From an uncultured delta proteobacterium (GTDB lineage: Bacteria > Myxococcota_A > Polyangia > Palsa-1104): DNA of 64,000 nucleotides. Under the pieces are notes generated by a model. It had not been told where the DNA came from. It did no database searches and saw only the letters and a program-made list of their open reading frames with translations. This document shows positions 21,368-31,574 of the stretch, piece after piece. Position numbers and translations under genes: made by a program. The DNA lies in contig CAWAWS010000039.1 in the NCBI GenBank assembly GCA_963785725.1, positions 672,001 through 736,000 on the forward strand, written 5' to 3'. Positions within the stretch are counted from its first letter, which is position 1; every line of letters starts with the position of its first letter.

Positions 21368-23302
21368 TCAGCTGCGACGACGGCGGGCGACGAACGCGGT
21401 CGCGAGCACGAACAGCACGAAGAGGCGCGCGCCAGTCGACGGCGCCGACGGCGTGGCGGCCGCGAATTCGCAGCCGCCGCGCGTGTCGTTGGCGACGCTG
21501 CCGCCGTCACGCGTGCCGCTCGCCGGCGGCGCCGTCGTCGTGTCGCTCTCGGCCATATCGGCGACGGGCAGCGCCATGTCGACGACCGGCAGCGCCATGT
21601 CGGGCGGCGGCAGCGCGCTCACGCCCGACAGCTGATCCATGAGCGCCGGCGCGATCGGTGAGCCCCAGCCGGTCACCAGATCGTAGCCGGTGACGGCGGA
21701 ATACAAGTTGGGGCTGTCGGTGGTGAAGTTGCTGCCGCTCGTGATGTCGTGGAAGAAGTCGCCATATTTCGCCCCCTCGGCGAGCTTGTAGATCGTCGGG
21801 TTCAGAAAGCCGACGGGCGGCAGATTGTGCTGCGCGGCCTCTTCGTTGACGAGCGCCAGAAAGCCGGCCCACGTCGGCGCCGCCGCGCTCGTGCCGCCGA
21901 CGGTGAGCGCCTTGCCGTTGGCGAAGAGGTACATGTTGCCGTCGGCGTTCGACGAGACGTCGGGCAGGTTGCGCAGCGTCGTCGAGGCCAGGTTGGCGCT
22001 CGACGCCAGGTTCTTCTGATAGCTGGGCAACGGGAAGTTGTTGGTGCTGATGCCGCCGAGACTGCCGGTCCAGGCGACCTCGGACTTCCAGGTGCCGCCG
22101 GCGCCGTTGGTCGTCAGCGACGTGCCACCGACGACGACGACGTTGGGGTCGTCGCCGGGCGCGAACACTTTGTTGTTGGCGGAGACGGCGCCCGAGTCGC
22201 CCGACGCGACGAACAGGTTCTGCCCTTGCGCCTGAAACTCGAGGAAGATCTGCGTCAAGTTGGGATCGGGCGGCAAGAAGCCGAACGAGCAGCTGAGCTG
22301 CTTGGCCGTGTTGTCGGTGGCCATGCGGTTGAACATGTCGGCGGCGTTGTTGCCCTCGTAGACGATGAGCTGCGTGAGGCCCGGCGCCATCGCGATGGCC
22401 ATGTCGATGTCGAGCACCTCTTCGCCGTCGTCGCAGCCGGAGCCGCAGACGCCGGTGACGTTGTCGAGCAGCACGTTCTTGATGGGCACGCTGAGCGGCA
22501 GCTTGGCGGTCGCGAACCACGACTGCACGTCGCTCATGTTGTAGGGGCCGAACTCGAAGAGGCCGACGGTCTGGCCGGCGCCGGTCAACTTCGTGCCCGG
22601 GGCGTAGGCGTTGCGCAGGTCGCTGCCGATGAAGGTCGAGCCTGGGCCCGAGCCGGTGGCGTCGGCATGAATGGGCGCGGCGAGCGGCGTGCGCTGCAGA
22701 TCCATCGGGCGCGGCGGCGCGAAGTCGTCGAGGCCGGTGACGTGCCAAATCGGCACATCGGCAGCGACGGTCGGCTCGGTCGCGGGCGCGAAGAACGTGC
22801 GGCTCTCGGTCGGATGGCGATAGCGCGCCAGCGTCGTGTGAAAGGCGGCCTCGACCTGCGCCACCGAGCCGGTCAGGTCGATGACGAGGCGATTGTCGTG
22901 CGTCGCTTGCACCGTCAAGTGCTGCTCGGCGGCGAAGCGCGTGACGGCCGCGTAGTCGTCCGCCGTCGGGCCGAAGCGCGCGGTGAACTCGTCGACGCCG
23001 AGGAATTGGCGATAGCGCGGGCTCGCCGGATCGGTCAGCTCCTGCACGAGCACGAGCAGCTCCTCGCGATGGCGCAGCGGCAGCCCGACGGCGACGGCGA
23101 GCGGCTGCGTCGCCGGCAAGCGTCCGACGAGCGCGACCTGCCGCCGCTGCACGACGTCGGGCACGTGGCCGGCGAGCGTCATCCGGCTCGGCTCGGCCTG
23201 CGCGCGACCGCCCCAGCCGACGACCACGGACGCGACGCAGCACGTCAGCGCCAGCGCCGGCGCCAGCGATCGACCGCGCGAAACGATAGAAGAGGGTGCC
23301 AT
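21368..23302 (-). CDS. S53 family (sedolisin/kumamolisin-like) serine protease with prodomain and MYXO-CTERM-like anchor
   Basis: Pro-domain SPRYRQFL. Catalytic EEVLD, ASGDSG and GGTSAAAP. C-terminal GGC...hydrophobic...RRRRS. Start 23302 is supported by the sigma54 site. Confidence 0.9.
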   Translation of the reverse strand: MAPSSIVSRGRSLAPALALTCCVASVVVGWGGRAQAEPSRMTLAGHVPDVVQRRQVALVGRLPATQPLAVAVGLPLRHREELLVLVQELTDPASPRYRQFLGVDEFTARFGPTADDYAAVTRFAAEQHLTVQATHDNRLVIDLTGSVAQVEAAFHTTLARYRHPTESRTFFAPATEPTVAADVPIWHVTGLDDFAPPRPMDLQRTPLAAPIHADATGSGPGSTFIGSDLRNAYAPGTKLTGAGQTVGLFEFGPYNMSDVQSWFATAKLPLSVPIKNVLLDNVTGVCGSGCDDGEEVLDIDMAIAMAPGLTQLIVYEGNNAADMFNRMATDNTAKQLSCSFGFLPPDPNLTQIFLEFQAQGQNLFVASGDSGAVSANNKVFAPGDDPNVVVVGGTSLTTNGAGGTWKSEVAWTGSLGGISTNNFPLPSYQKNLASSANLASTTLRNLPDVSSNADGNMYLFANGKALTVGGTSAAAPTWAGFLALVNEEAAQHNLPPVGFLNPTIYKLAEGAKYGDFFHDITSGSNFTTDSPNLYSAVTGYDLVTGWGSPIAPALMDQLSGVSALPPPDMALPVVDMALPVADMAESDTTTAPPASGTRDGGSVANDTRGGCEFAAATPSAPSTGARLFVLFVLATAFVARRRRS

Positions 23303-23315
23303 CGGCAGGGGCTTC

Positions 23316-23331
23316 AGCAACGCGCATGCCG
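23316..23331 (-). promoter_or_regulatory. sigma54 -24/-12 promoter of the S53 protease gene
   Basis: CGGCATGCGCGTTGCT: GG-N10-GC, close to consensus TGGCACG-N4-TTGC. Confidence 0.65.
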
Positions 23332-23479
23332 GCGCCACCCGGCAATGAAGTCGCGTCATTAGAGGTTGCCGCCGCGGAAACGGCGTCCGCGCCAGACCTC
23401 AGCTGTCTCGCCCGCGGCACAGCGGCGTGCGGCCGGCGCCGTGCCTGATTACGCATGCGTTTCGTACTAAGCTCGGCGC

Positions 23480-24553
<1,074 letters not shown>

Positions 24554-24611
24554 GCGGCGCCGTGTGACGCCAATGACATACAGCCGCGCCCGCCTTCGTT
24601 AATGTCGCCGC

Positions 24612-24935
24612 ATGGGCCTCGGTTTCGGCGAAGTGCTGATCTTCATCTTCATGCTCGGCGGTGGCTTGTCGTTCCCCGTCGTCGGCTCCATCATCGGCAT
24701 TCGCAGCGCCATGCGTCGCCGGCGCGAAGGCACCCGCTCGGTCGGCGCCGTCGTCTGGGCCTCGATCGCGCTCTTCATATCGGTCCTGATGCTGCTGATC
24801 CCGCCGCTCGGCCTGCTCGAGGTCGGCGTGACGCTGGCGTGGCTCATCTACGCCGTCAAGGCCAACCGCGCCGCGACCCGCCGCGCCGCCGCGTTGGCGC
24901 TCGCCGCCGCGTCGCCGCCGACGCCCGTCGCCTAG
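24612..24935 (+). CDS. Small membrane protein, hypothetical
   Basis: 107-aa ORF with about three hydrophobic segments that fills the gap between two genes. Confidence 0.6.
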   Translation: MGLGFGEVLIFIFMLGGGLSFPVVGSIIGIRSAMRRRREGTRSVGAVVWASIALFISVLMLLIPPLGLLEVGVTLAWLIYAVKANRAATRRAAALALAAASPPTPVA

Positions 24936-25034
24936 CGCGTCGCGGCCGTCGCGCGCCGCGCAATCACTGCTCGCGCACGCAGTACAATCCCGCCTCGACA
25001 CGAACCTGACGTTGACGTAATGTTTACGTCGACC

Positions 25035-25427
25035 ATGGCCGCACCCTCCGATCGCATGCGCATTGGCGAGCTGACCGAACGCGCCGAAGTCACGCCGCGG
25101 ACGGTCCGCTATTACGAGAGCATCGGCCTCATTCCGCCCGGCAAACGCCAAGGCAACGGCCAGCACTACTACAGCGAGCTGACGGTCGTTCGCCTGCGCA
25201 AGATCGATCAACTGAAGAAGCTCGGCCTCAGCCTCGACGAGATCCGCGACGTCATCGACCTCTACTTCATCGACACCAGCGGCGTGCGACCGAAGCGCAA
25301 AGTGCTGAGCATCTTGCGCCAACACCTCGCCGAGACCGACGAAAAGATGGACGCGCTGAAGCAGTTTCGCGCCGAGCTGCAGGGCAACATCAAACGCTTC
25401 GAACGCTGGCTCGCCGACAAGAAGTAG
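25035..25427 (+). CDS. MerR family transcriptional regulator (start may be 25056)
   Basis: MRIGELTERAEVTPRTVRYYESIGLI HTH, LGLSLDEIR, coiled-coil C-terminus. Confidence 0.92.
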   Translation: MAAPSDRMRIGELTERAEVTPRTVRYYESIGLIPPGKRQGNGQHYYSELTVVRLRKIDQLKKLGLSLDEIRDVIDLYFIDTSGVRPKRKVLSILRQHLAETDEKMDALKQFRAELQGNIKRFERWLADKK

Positions 25428-25446
25428 CCCTTTTTTTGTTCGCAAG

Positions 25447-25468
25447 ATGACGTTGACGTCAACGTCAT
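25447..25468. promoter_or_regulatory. Perfect 22-bp palindrome, probable MerR operator
   Basis: ATGACGTTGACGTCAACGTCAT lies upstream of the oxidoreductase. The shared 12-mer TGACGTTGACGT also occurs at 25007-25018, upstream of merR. Confidence 0.75.
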
Positions 25469-25490
25469 GTAACTAGGAAAGGAGAAGACC

Positions 25491-26312
25491 ATGAGCGAAA
25501 CGATCGGATTCCTCGGCCTCGGTCGGCTCGGCCTGCCGATGGCCGCCAACCTCATGAGCGCCGGCCACTCGCTGGTCGTGCACAATCGAACGGCGAGCAA
25601 GGCCGATGCGCTCGTGGCGCGCGGCGCGCGGCTGGCGGCGCGACCGGTCGACGTCGTCACGCGCGGCGGCGTCGTCGTGTCGGTCTTGTGGGACGGCGCC
25701 GCGGTCGAAGAGATCGTCACGCGCGACGGTTTCCTCGAGACCTTGGGCGACGGCATTCACGTCGTCATGGGCACGATCTCGCCCGCGAGCGCCAAGCAGC
25801 TGGCCGCGCTGCACGCCAAACACGGCAGCGCCTACGTCGAGGCGCCGATCTTCGGTCGTCCCGAAGCGGCCGCGGCGCGCAAGCTGTGGATTCCGATCGC
25901 CGGCGCCAAGGCCGCCAAAGCGCGCGTGCGTCCGCTCATCGAAGCGATGGGCGCGCAAGGCATCTTCGACTTCGGCGAGGACGTCGGCGCGGCCACGATC
26001 GTCAAGCTGGTCGGCAATTTCCTGATCATCTCGGCGGTGCGCTCGCTCGGTGAAGGCTTGGCGCTGGCGGAGCAGAACGGCGTCGACGTGCAAGCGGTGG
26101 TCGACATGCTGACGCAATCGCTGTTCCCGGCGCCGATCTATCAGAGCTACGGCAAGATGATCGCCGATAAGACCGCGGCCAGCTTCAGTCAAAGCCCGAT
26201 TCCACTTAAAGACTTGGGGCTATTCGAGACGACTGCGCGCGACGTTCATTCGCCCACGCCGATTGCCCATCATTTACTGGAGCTGCTACGCGCGAATATT
26301 CCGCAGCGATAG
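25491..26312 (+). CDS. NAD(P)-dependent oxidoreductase (3-hydroxyisobutyrate/6-PGDH family)
   Basis: IGFLGLGRLGLPMA, HNRT, EAPIFG, VKLVGN. AAAGGAG RBS. Confidence 0.9.
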   Translation: MSETIGFLGLGRLGLPMAANLMSAGHSLVVHNRTASKADALVARGARLAARPVDVVTRGGVVVSVLWDGAAVEEIVTRDGFLETLGDGIHVVMGTISPASAKQLAALHAKHGSAYVEAPIFGRPEAAAARKLWIPIAGAKAAKARVRPLIEAMGAQGIFDFGEDVGAATIVKLVGNFLIISAVRSLGEGLALAEQNGVDVQAVVDMLTQSLFPAPIYQSYGKMIADKTAASFSQSPIPLKDLGLFETTARDVHSPTPIAHHLLELLRANIPQR

Positions 26313-26322
26313 CGTATGGCCG

Positions 26323-28200
26323 TCACTTTAATTCCACCGCGCCCACCGCCGCTGAGTCTTGAATACGCGTGCGAAACTGCGTCTCGTATAGGCGCGCATA
26401 CAGGCCGGCATTGGCGATCAATTGATCGTGCGGTCCGACCTCGACGACGCGTCCATGATTCATGACGGCAATGCGATCGCTGCCGAGCACGGTCGACAAG
26501 CGATGCGCAATGACGATGCTGGTGCGCCCTTTCATGAGGTGCGCCAATGAATCCTGAATGAGCGCCTCCGATTCGCTGTCGAGCGCGCTCGTCGCCTCGT
26601 CGAGGATGAGAATGCGCGGATCGGCCAAGAACGCGCGCGCGATGGCGATGCGCTGCTTCTGCCCGCCCGACAGCCGCGAGCCGCGCTCGCCCAGCAGCGA
26701 CGCGTAGCCATGCGGCAGCGCCGAGATGAACTCGTGCGCGTGCGCCGCTTCGGCGGCGGCGCGCACGTCGGCGTCGCTGGCGTCCGGCCGCCCATAACGA
26801 ATATTGTCGGCGGCGCTGCCGGAAAACAGCAGCGTCTCCTGCGAGACCATGCCGACGTGCGCGCGCAAATGACGAATCGAGAGCGTCCGCAAGTCGCGGC
26901 CGTCGAGCAGCACGCGGCCGCCTTGCGGATCGTAAAAACGCGGCACCAGCTGAATCAGGCTCGACTTGCCCGCGCCCGACGGACCGACGAGCGCGATCAC
27001 TTCACCGGGACGAATCGACAGCTCCAAGTCGTGCAATACCGGGCGACCCGCGTGATAACCGAACGTCACTTTGTCGAAATGCAGCGCGCCTTCGACCGGC
27101 TCGGGCCTGATCGCGTTCCGCTGCTCTTTGACATCGGGCTCGGTGTCGAGAAACTCGAATACGCGCTCGATCGCGGCAATCGAGTTATGTAATACCGAGT
27201 TGAGCTCGCTGATGCGATTCACCGGGAAATAGAGCTCGCGCAAGAGCAAGATGAAGGCGATGACGGTGCCCATGCTGGTCTCGCCGTGCACGAGTCGATA
27301 AGAGCCGTACCAAATGACGCCCAACGTCGCCATTTGGGTCAGCCATTGCACGATGCTCTGCGACAAGGCGCTGACGCGGACATTGGCCATCGTCAGATCG
27401 AACAGGCGGCGCGCGCTCTTGAAGAAGCTGTGCACTTCGCGCTTTTCGGCGCGGAAGATCTTGACGACGTGAATGTTGGCGACGCGCTCTTGCACTTCGC
27501 CGGAGAAGAGCTCGGTCGCCTCTTGCACGTCGCGCGATGTCTGCGTCGTCTGCGCGCCGAAGCCGCGCATCGCCAACACGTAAAAGGGAAAGACGATCAT
27601 CGACGCCGCCGCCAAGCGCGCGTCCATCGCGAACAGGACGTAGACGTAGAAAATACACGTCACCAAGTCCATCCAGATATTCGTCATCGCGTTGCCGACG
27701 AAGTTCTGCGCGAGCGCGACGTCGGCCATCAGCCGCGAGACAATCGCGCCCGATTGATGCGTCTGAAAGAACGAATGGCTCAGCCGATTGAGGTGCGCAT
27801 AGAGATCGGTGCGCAGGTCGAGGATCGTGCGATGGCCGGCGAGGTTGGCGAGATAGCTGCGATAGTAGAGCGTCACCGCCCAAATGGCGTAGATGACGAG
27901 CAGCGTGATGATGAGGATGTTGAACGAGCCCCACGCATTCTGCCAACCGCTTGGCAGGAACTGTGTGACCCAACGTAAATAGGCTTCGAAGGCGCGCACG
28001 ATGATGTCGTTCGACCCGACGTGGCTGGGCGCGCCCGCGGCCGGGCCGACCAGGCGATCGGTGATGAACTTGAGCGTGAGCGCCATGCTCGACGGCAAGA
28101 TGAACTTCGCCATGCCGCACAGCGTGGCCAGCCAAATCAGGCGCGTATAAGGTCGGACGTAGGCGAGAAAGCGAATCAGCGCGCGATTCGAGGAGCCCAT
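26323..28200 (-). CDS. ABC exporter, fused permease/ATPase (MsbA/Sav1866-like), with no C39 peptidase domain
   Basis: TM domain, Walker A GPSGAGKS, LSGGQKQR, ILILDEATSALD, IAHRLST. Confidence 0.94.
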   Translation of the reverse strand: MGSSNRALIRFLAYVRPYTRLIWLATLCGMAKFILPSSMALTLKFITDRLVGPAAGAPSHVGSNDIIVRAFEAYLRWVTQFLPSGWQNAWGSFNILIITLLVIYAIWAVTLYYRSYLANLAGHRTILDLRTDLYAHLNRLSHSFFQTHQSGAIVSRLMADVALAQNFVGNAMTNIWMDLVTCIFYVYVLFAMDARLAAASMIVFPFYVLAMRGFGAQTTQTSRDVQEATELFSGEVQERVANIHVVKIFRAEKREVHSFFKSARRLFDLTMANVRVSALSQSIVQWLTQMATLGVIWYGSYRLVHGETSMGTVIAFILLLRELYFPVNRISELNSVLHNSIAAIERVFEFLDTEPDVKEQRNAIRPEPVEGALHFDKVTFGYHAGRPVLHDLELSIRPGEVIALVGPSGAGKSSLIQLVPRFYDPQGGRVLLDGRDLRTLSIRHLRAHVGMVSQETLLFSGSAADNIRYGRPDASDADVRAAAEAAHAHEFISALPHGYASLLGERGSRLSGGQKQRIAIARAFLADPRILILDEATSALDSESEALIQDSLAHLMKGRTSIVIAHRLSTVLGSDRIAVMNHGRVVEVGPHDQLIANAGLYARLYETQFRTRIQDSAAVGAVELK

Positions 28201-28353
28201 GCGGTCGTTTTCCCATCGGAACGACCCTCGGGCAACCCTATTACGGCTGTTTATCGGCGAATTGGCGCGGCGATGGATTGTGCGTCGTCACATATGTTTC
28301 CAACTCATCATATTTCGTATGAAATGAGCGGAAACCGATATCGTGCGAGCGGC

Positions 28354-28917
28354 TCAGTTCCAGTTTTCGGGTGCCTGCGGTAACGCTTTGACGTGGGCTT
28401 CGAACTCGACGCCGTTGACCTTGCCTTCGGCGCCTTCCGCATTCAGCTTGACGCCTTTGATGTCGAAGACCCAGCCTTCGGGCGCGATGGCTTTGACGCC
28501 GTACCATTCGCCTTTGGGGCCGATCGCTTTGATGGCGACGATATTGCCCGAGCGCTTGACGCCGCGAATGTCGAGGTGCTGCCCGTCGCTGCTGATGGCG
28601 TAGATCGGCAACAGCGTGCCGTCGTCGGCGATCGCCTTCAGCGACGGCAATTTGTCGCCGGCGGCGGCGACGAGCTTGACCGGAAGGCGCTTGCCGTCGA
28701 CGAGCGCCTTGACGTCCATCAAGTGCACGTCGCCGTTTTGAATGACCTTGACCGCGTAGATCTTGCCCTTTTTATCGATCGCTTTGACGTCGAGCAGCTT
28801 GCCTTCGGGGTGGATCGCCTTGACGTGCCAGATCTTCTCCTCAGCGCGTGCGGAGCTTAGGGAAAACAGCACGAACGAGGCGACACAGATTCGCAGCGTC
28901 ACGTGGACGAGGTTCAT
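28354..28917 (-). CDS. Exported hypothetical protein with internal beta-hairpin-like repeats
   Basis: Signal peptide ending ARA. Repeated [VI]KA[IL] units. AAGGAG RBS. Confidence 0.75.
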   Translation of the reverse strand: MNLVHVTLRICVASFVLFSLSSARAEEKIWHVKAIHPEGKLLDVKAIDKKGKIYAVKVIQNGDVHLMDVKALVDGKRLPVKLVAAAGDKLPSLKAIADDGTLLPIYAISSDGQHLDIRGVKRSGNIVAIKAIGPKGEWYGVKAIAPEGWVFDIKGVKLNAEGAEGKVNGVEFEAHVKALPQAPENWN

Positions 28918-29079
28918 CGTTCACTCCTTGGCGAGTTGGAAGGGCTGTCTTCGACCGATATCGGCCAATACGATATCGCAAAACGGCCGAGGTTGCTGAC
29001 GGGCGAAGGAATCGCGGGAGAAGCGGCGAATCGGGGCTATTTCGTCTGTCGGCGCCGCGAGGAGGGTCGTTATTGCGAG

Positions 29080-31506
29080 CTAGCGCTTATGTTGCAGCTC
29101 ATTGTCGACGACCTGCGCCAGCAGCGCCGGGTTCGACAGCTTGTGACCATTGACGAACAAGGTCGGCGTGCCGTCGACGAGCGGTAAGCCGGCGGCGACG
29201 TCGCGGTTGATGTCGTCGCTGAGCTTGCCGCCGTCGAGCGCGGCGTCGAACTTGGCCACATCGAGCCCGAGCGCGAGCGCGAAGCCGTCGATGGCCGCGC
29301 GATCGAGCGAGTCTTGATGCGCGAACAGCTGATCGTGCATTTGCCAGAAGCGGCCTTGCTCTTTGGCGGCCAACGCCGCGCTCGCCGCCAATTGCGCGTT
29401 CTTATGATAGGGCAGCGGGAAGTTGCGGAAGACGACGCGCACGTCATCCCCGTGCTGCCTTTGCACCTCCTCGACCAATGACGCCGCGCGCTTGCAATAC
29501 GGGCACTGAAAGTCGCTGAACTCGACGATGGTCACCGGCGCCTCACGTCGCCCGCGCGACGGCGCCGACGCGCCCGGATCGACGTCCTGCTTCTGCGCGT
29601 CGACGGCCGGCGGCTGCTTCACCTCGGGCAGCGCCGTCTTCATGAGCGCGTCATACAGCTGCGCGCGCGGCGTGCCCTTGGCGATACGCGCGTCGGCGGC
29701 CGCGATCGCCTGCGTCACCGCCGCGTCCAATTGCTCGACGGGAAGCGCGCCGCTGTAGAACTTCCCGTCGATGAAGAAGGCCGGCGTTCCGCTCACGCCG
29801 ATCTTCGCGCCCTGCGCCGCTTCGGCATTGGCCGCTTGTTTATAGGTGCCGCTGTCGAGCGCGGCGGCGAGCTTGCCGACGTCGAGCCCGACCGACTGCG
29901 CGAGTGTCAATAAGCCCGCGCGATCGAGCTGCGCTTGGTGGGCAAAGAGCGCCTTTTGCATCGGCCAAAAGCGTCCCTGTGCTTTCGCCGCCAAGCTGGC
30001 TTCGGCGGCGATGGGTCCGTGCGGATGATTCGCCAGCGGAAACTGCTTATAAACGACACGCAGATCATCGGGATGACGCTGCAACACGGTATCGATGGCG
30101 TCATTCAAGCGCGCACAATAAGGGCACTCGAAATCGGCCCATTCGACCAGCGTCACCTTGGGATTGGTCGCGCCGCGAACGGGCGCATCACCGATCGTCG
30201 CGCGATAGATCGCCGTTGGATCGGGCCGACCCGGTTGCGGACGCGCGGCCGTCTGCGTGCGTGCCAGATCGCGCTGCGCCGTCGTCGCCAAATCCGCCGG
30301 CCAATTGGCGACGCGCTGCCCGTCGACGAAGAACGTCGGCGTGCCGGCGACGCCGAGCTGCTTGGCCAACGCGATATCGGCGTCGACGCGGGCGCGAAAG
30401 GTTTGCTTATCGAGCGCCTGCTTGAACTGCGTTAGATTCAAATGCAATTCGGTCGCATAGCGTTCGAGGCTGCCGCGGTCGAGCGCCGTTTGATTGGAGA
30501 ACAGCTTGTCGTGCATGTCCCAGAAGTGACCTTGCGCGCCCGCCGCCAGCGCCGCCTCGGCGGCTTGCCGCGCGAACGGATGCATCTCGAGCGGCATATT
30601 CTTCCACACCAGCTGCACGTTATCCCCGAGCTGCTTTTGTAACGCCTGCACAGTCGGCTCGGCGCGGCCGCACGCCGGGCACTGAAAGTCGCTGAATTCG
30701 ACGACCGTGACCTTGGCGTCACGTTTGCCGCGCACCGGCGAATCGCCGACGGCGATCTCGACGCGCGGCTGCGGCGCCGGCGCCGGCGTTTGCGCCGATG
30801 GGCGCGCGTCTTTCGTCAACGCCGAGTAGAGGTCGCGCGCGTCGGCGCCGGCGGCGAGCGCGCGCTCGGCGTTGGCGAGCTCCTCGTCGACGATCGCGGA
30901 CAAGGCGGCGACCGTCATTTGCCCGCGAAAGGGCCGACCATTGATGAACAGCTTAGGCGTGCCATTGACGCCGAAGGTGCGCGCGTCGGCTTGGTCGCGG
31001 CGCACGAGCGCTTGCAGCGTCGGGTCGTCGAACGCCTTGGACAGATCGATGGCGAGCGCGGTCGCCGTCTTTTGCAGCCCGTCGCGACTGAGGCCGCGCG
31101 CGTCGGCGAACATGCGGTCGTGCATGGGCCAGAACTTGCCCTGCGCGGCGGCGGCGCGACCGGCGAGCGCCGCGCCGAGCGCGTCGCGATGTTGCGGCAG
31201 TGGAAAGTCTTTCCAGACGAGCCGTAAGTCGCGGCCATATTTGGCCTGCAGCTCGGTCAAGGTTGGCTCCAGTCGACTGCAGAATGGGCATTCGAAGTCG
31301 CTGAACTCGACAAGCGTCACTTTGGCGCGTTCATTGCCGCGAATGGGTGAGCCATTGATGGGAATGCGATAACGCTCTACGTCGATCGCAGGAGGTGCGA
31401 CGCCGGAGACCGCGTGAATGGACTGATGAAGCGTGAGCTGACGACCGATGGCGCCGCCGGCGATCAAGGCGATCGCGCAGCCTAATAAGGCGGTAAATTT
31501 GGACAT
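29080..31506 (-). CDS. DsbA-family protein with four tandem thioredoxin-like domains
   Basis: CPFC, CPAC, CPYC and CPYC motifs, each followed by a GTP cis-Pro loop. N-terminal hydrophobic anchor. Confidence 0.9.
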   Translation of the reverse strand: MSKFTALLGCAIALIAGGAIGRQLTLHQSIHAVSGVAPPAIDVERYRIPINGSPIRGNERAKVTLVEFSDFECPFCSRLEPTLTELQAKYGRDLRLVWKDFPLPQHRDALGAALAGRAAAAQGKFWPMHDRMFADARGLSRDGLQKTATALAIDLSKAFDDPTLQALVRRDQADARTFGVNGTPKLFINGRPFRGQMTVAALSAIVDEELANAERALAAGADARDLYSALTKDARPSAQTPAPAPQPRVEIAVGDSPVRGKRDAKVTVVEFSDFQCPACGRAEPTVQALQKQLGDNVQLVWKNMPLEMHPFARQAAEAALAAGAQGHFWDMHDKLFSNQTALDRGSLERYATELHLNLTQFKQALDKQTFRARVDADIALAKQLGVAGTPTFFVDGQRVANWPADLATTAQRDLARTQTAARPQPGRPDPTAIYRATIGDAPVRGATNPKVTLVEWADFECPYCARLNDAIDTVLQRHPDDLRVVYKQFPLANHPHGPIAAEASLAAKAQGRFWPMQKALFAHQAQLDRAGLLTLAQSVGLDVGKLAAALDSGTYKQAANAEAAQGAKIGVSGTPAFFIDGKFYSGALPVEQLDAAVTQAIAAADARIAKGTPRAQLYDALMKTALPEVKQPPAVDAQKQDVDPGASAPSRGRREAPVTIVEFSDFQCPYCKRAASLVEEVQRQHGDDVRVVFRNFPLPYHKNAQLAASAALAAKEQGRFWQMHDQLFAHQDSLDRAAIDGFALALGLDVAKFDAALDGGKLSDDINRDVAAGLPLVDGTPTLFVNGHKLSNPALLAQVVDNELQHKR

Positions 31507-31574
31507 AGGAATCCCCTATGGCGACCGCGAACGGCTCCTGCCGAACGCGATCGCGCGCATGACATACGGCTCCG

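Noticed and set aside
26323..28200. ABC exporter as the dedicated transporter/peptidase of the RiPP
   Set aside because: It has no N-terminal C39 domain and lies 5 kb away with unrelated genes between. A link cannot be supported.
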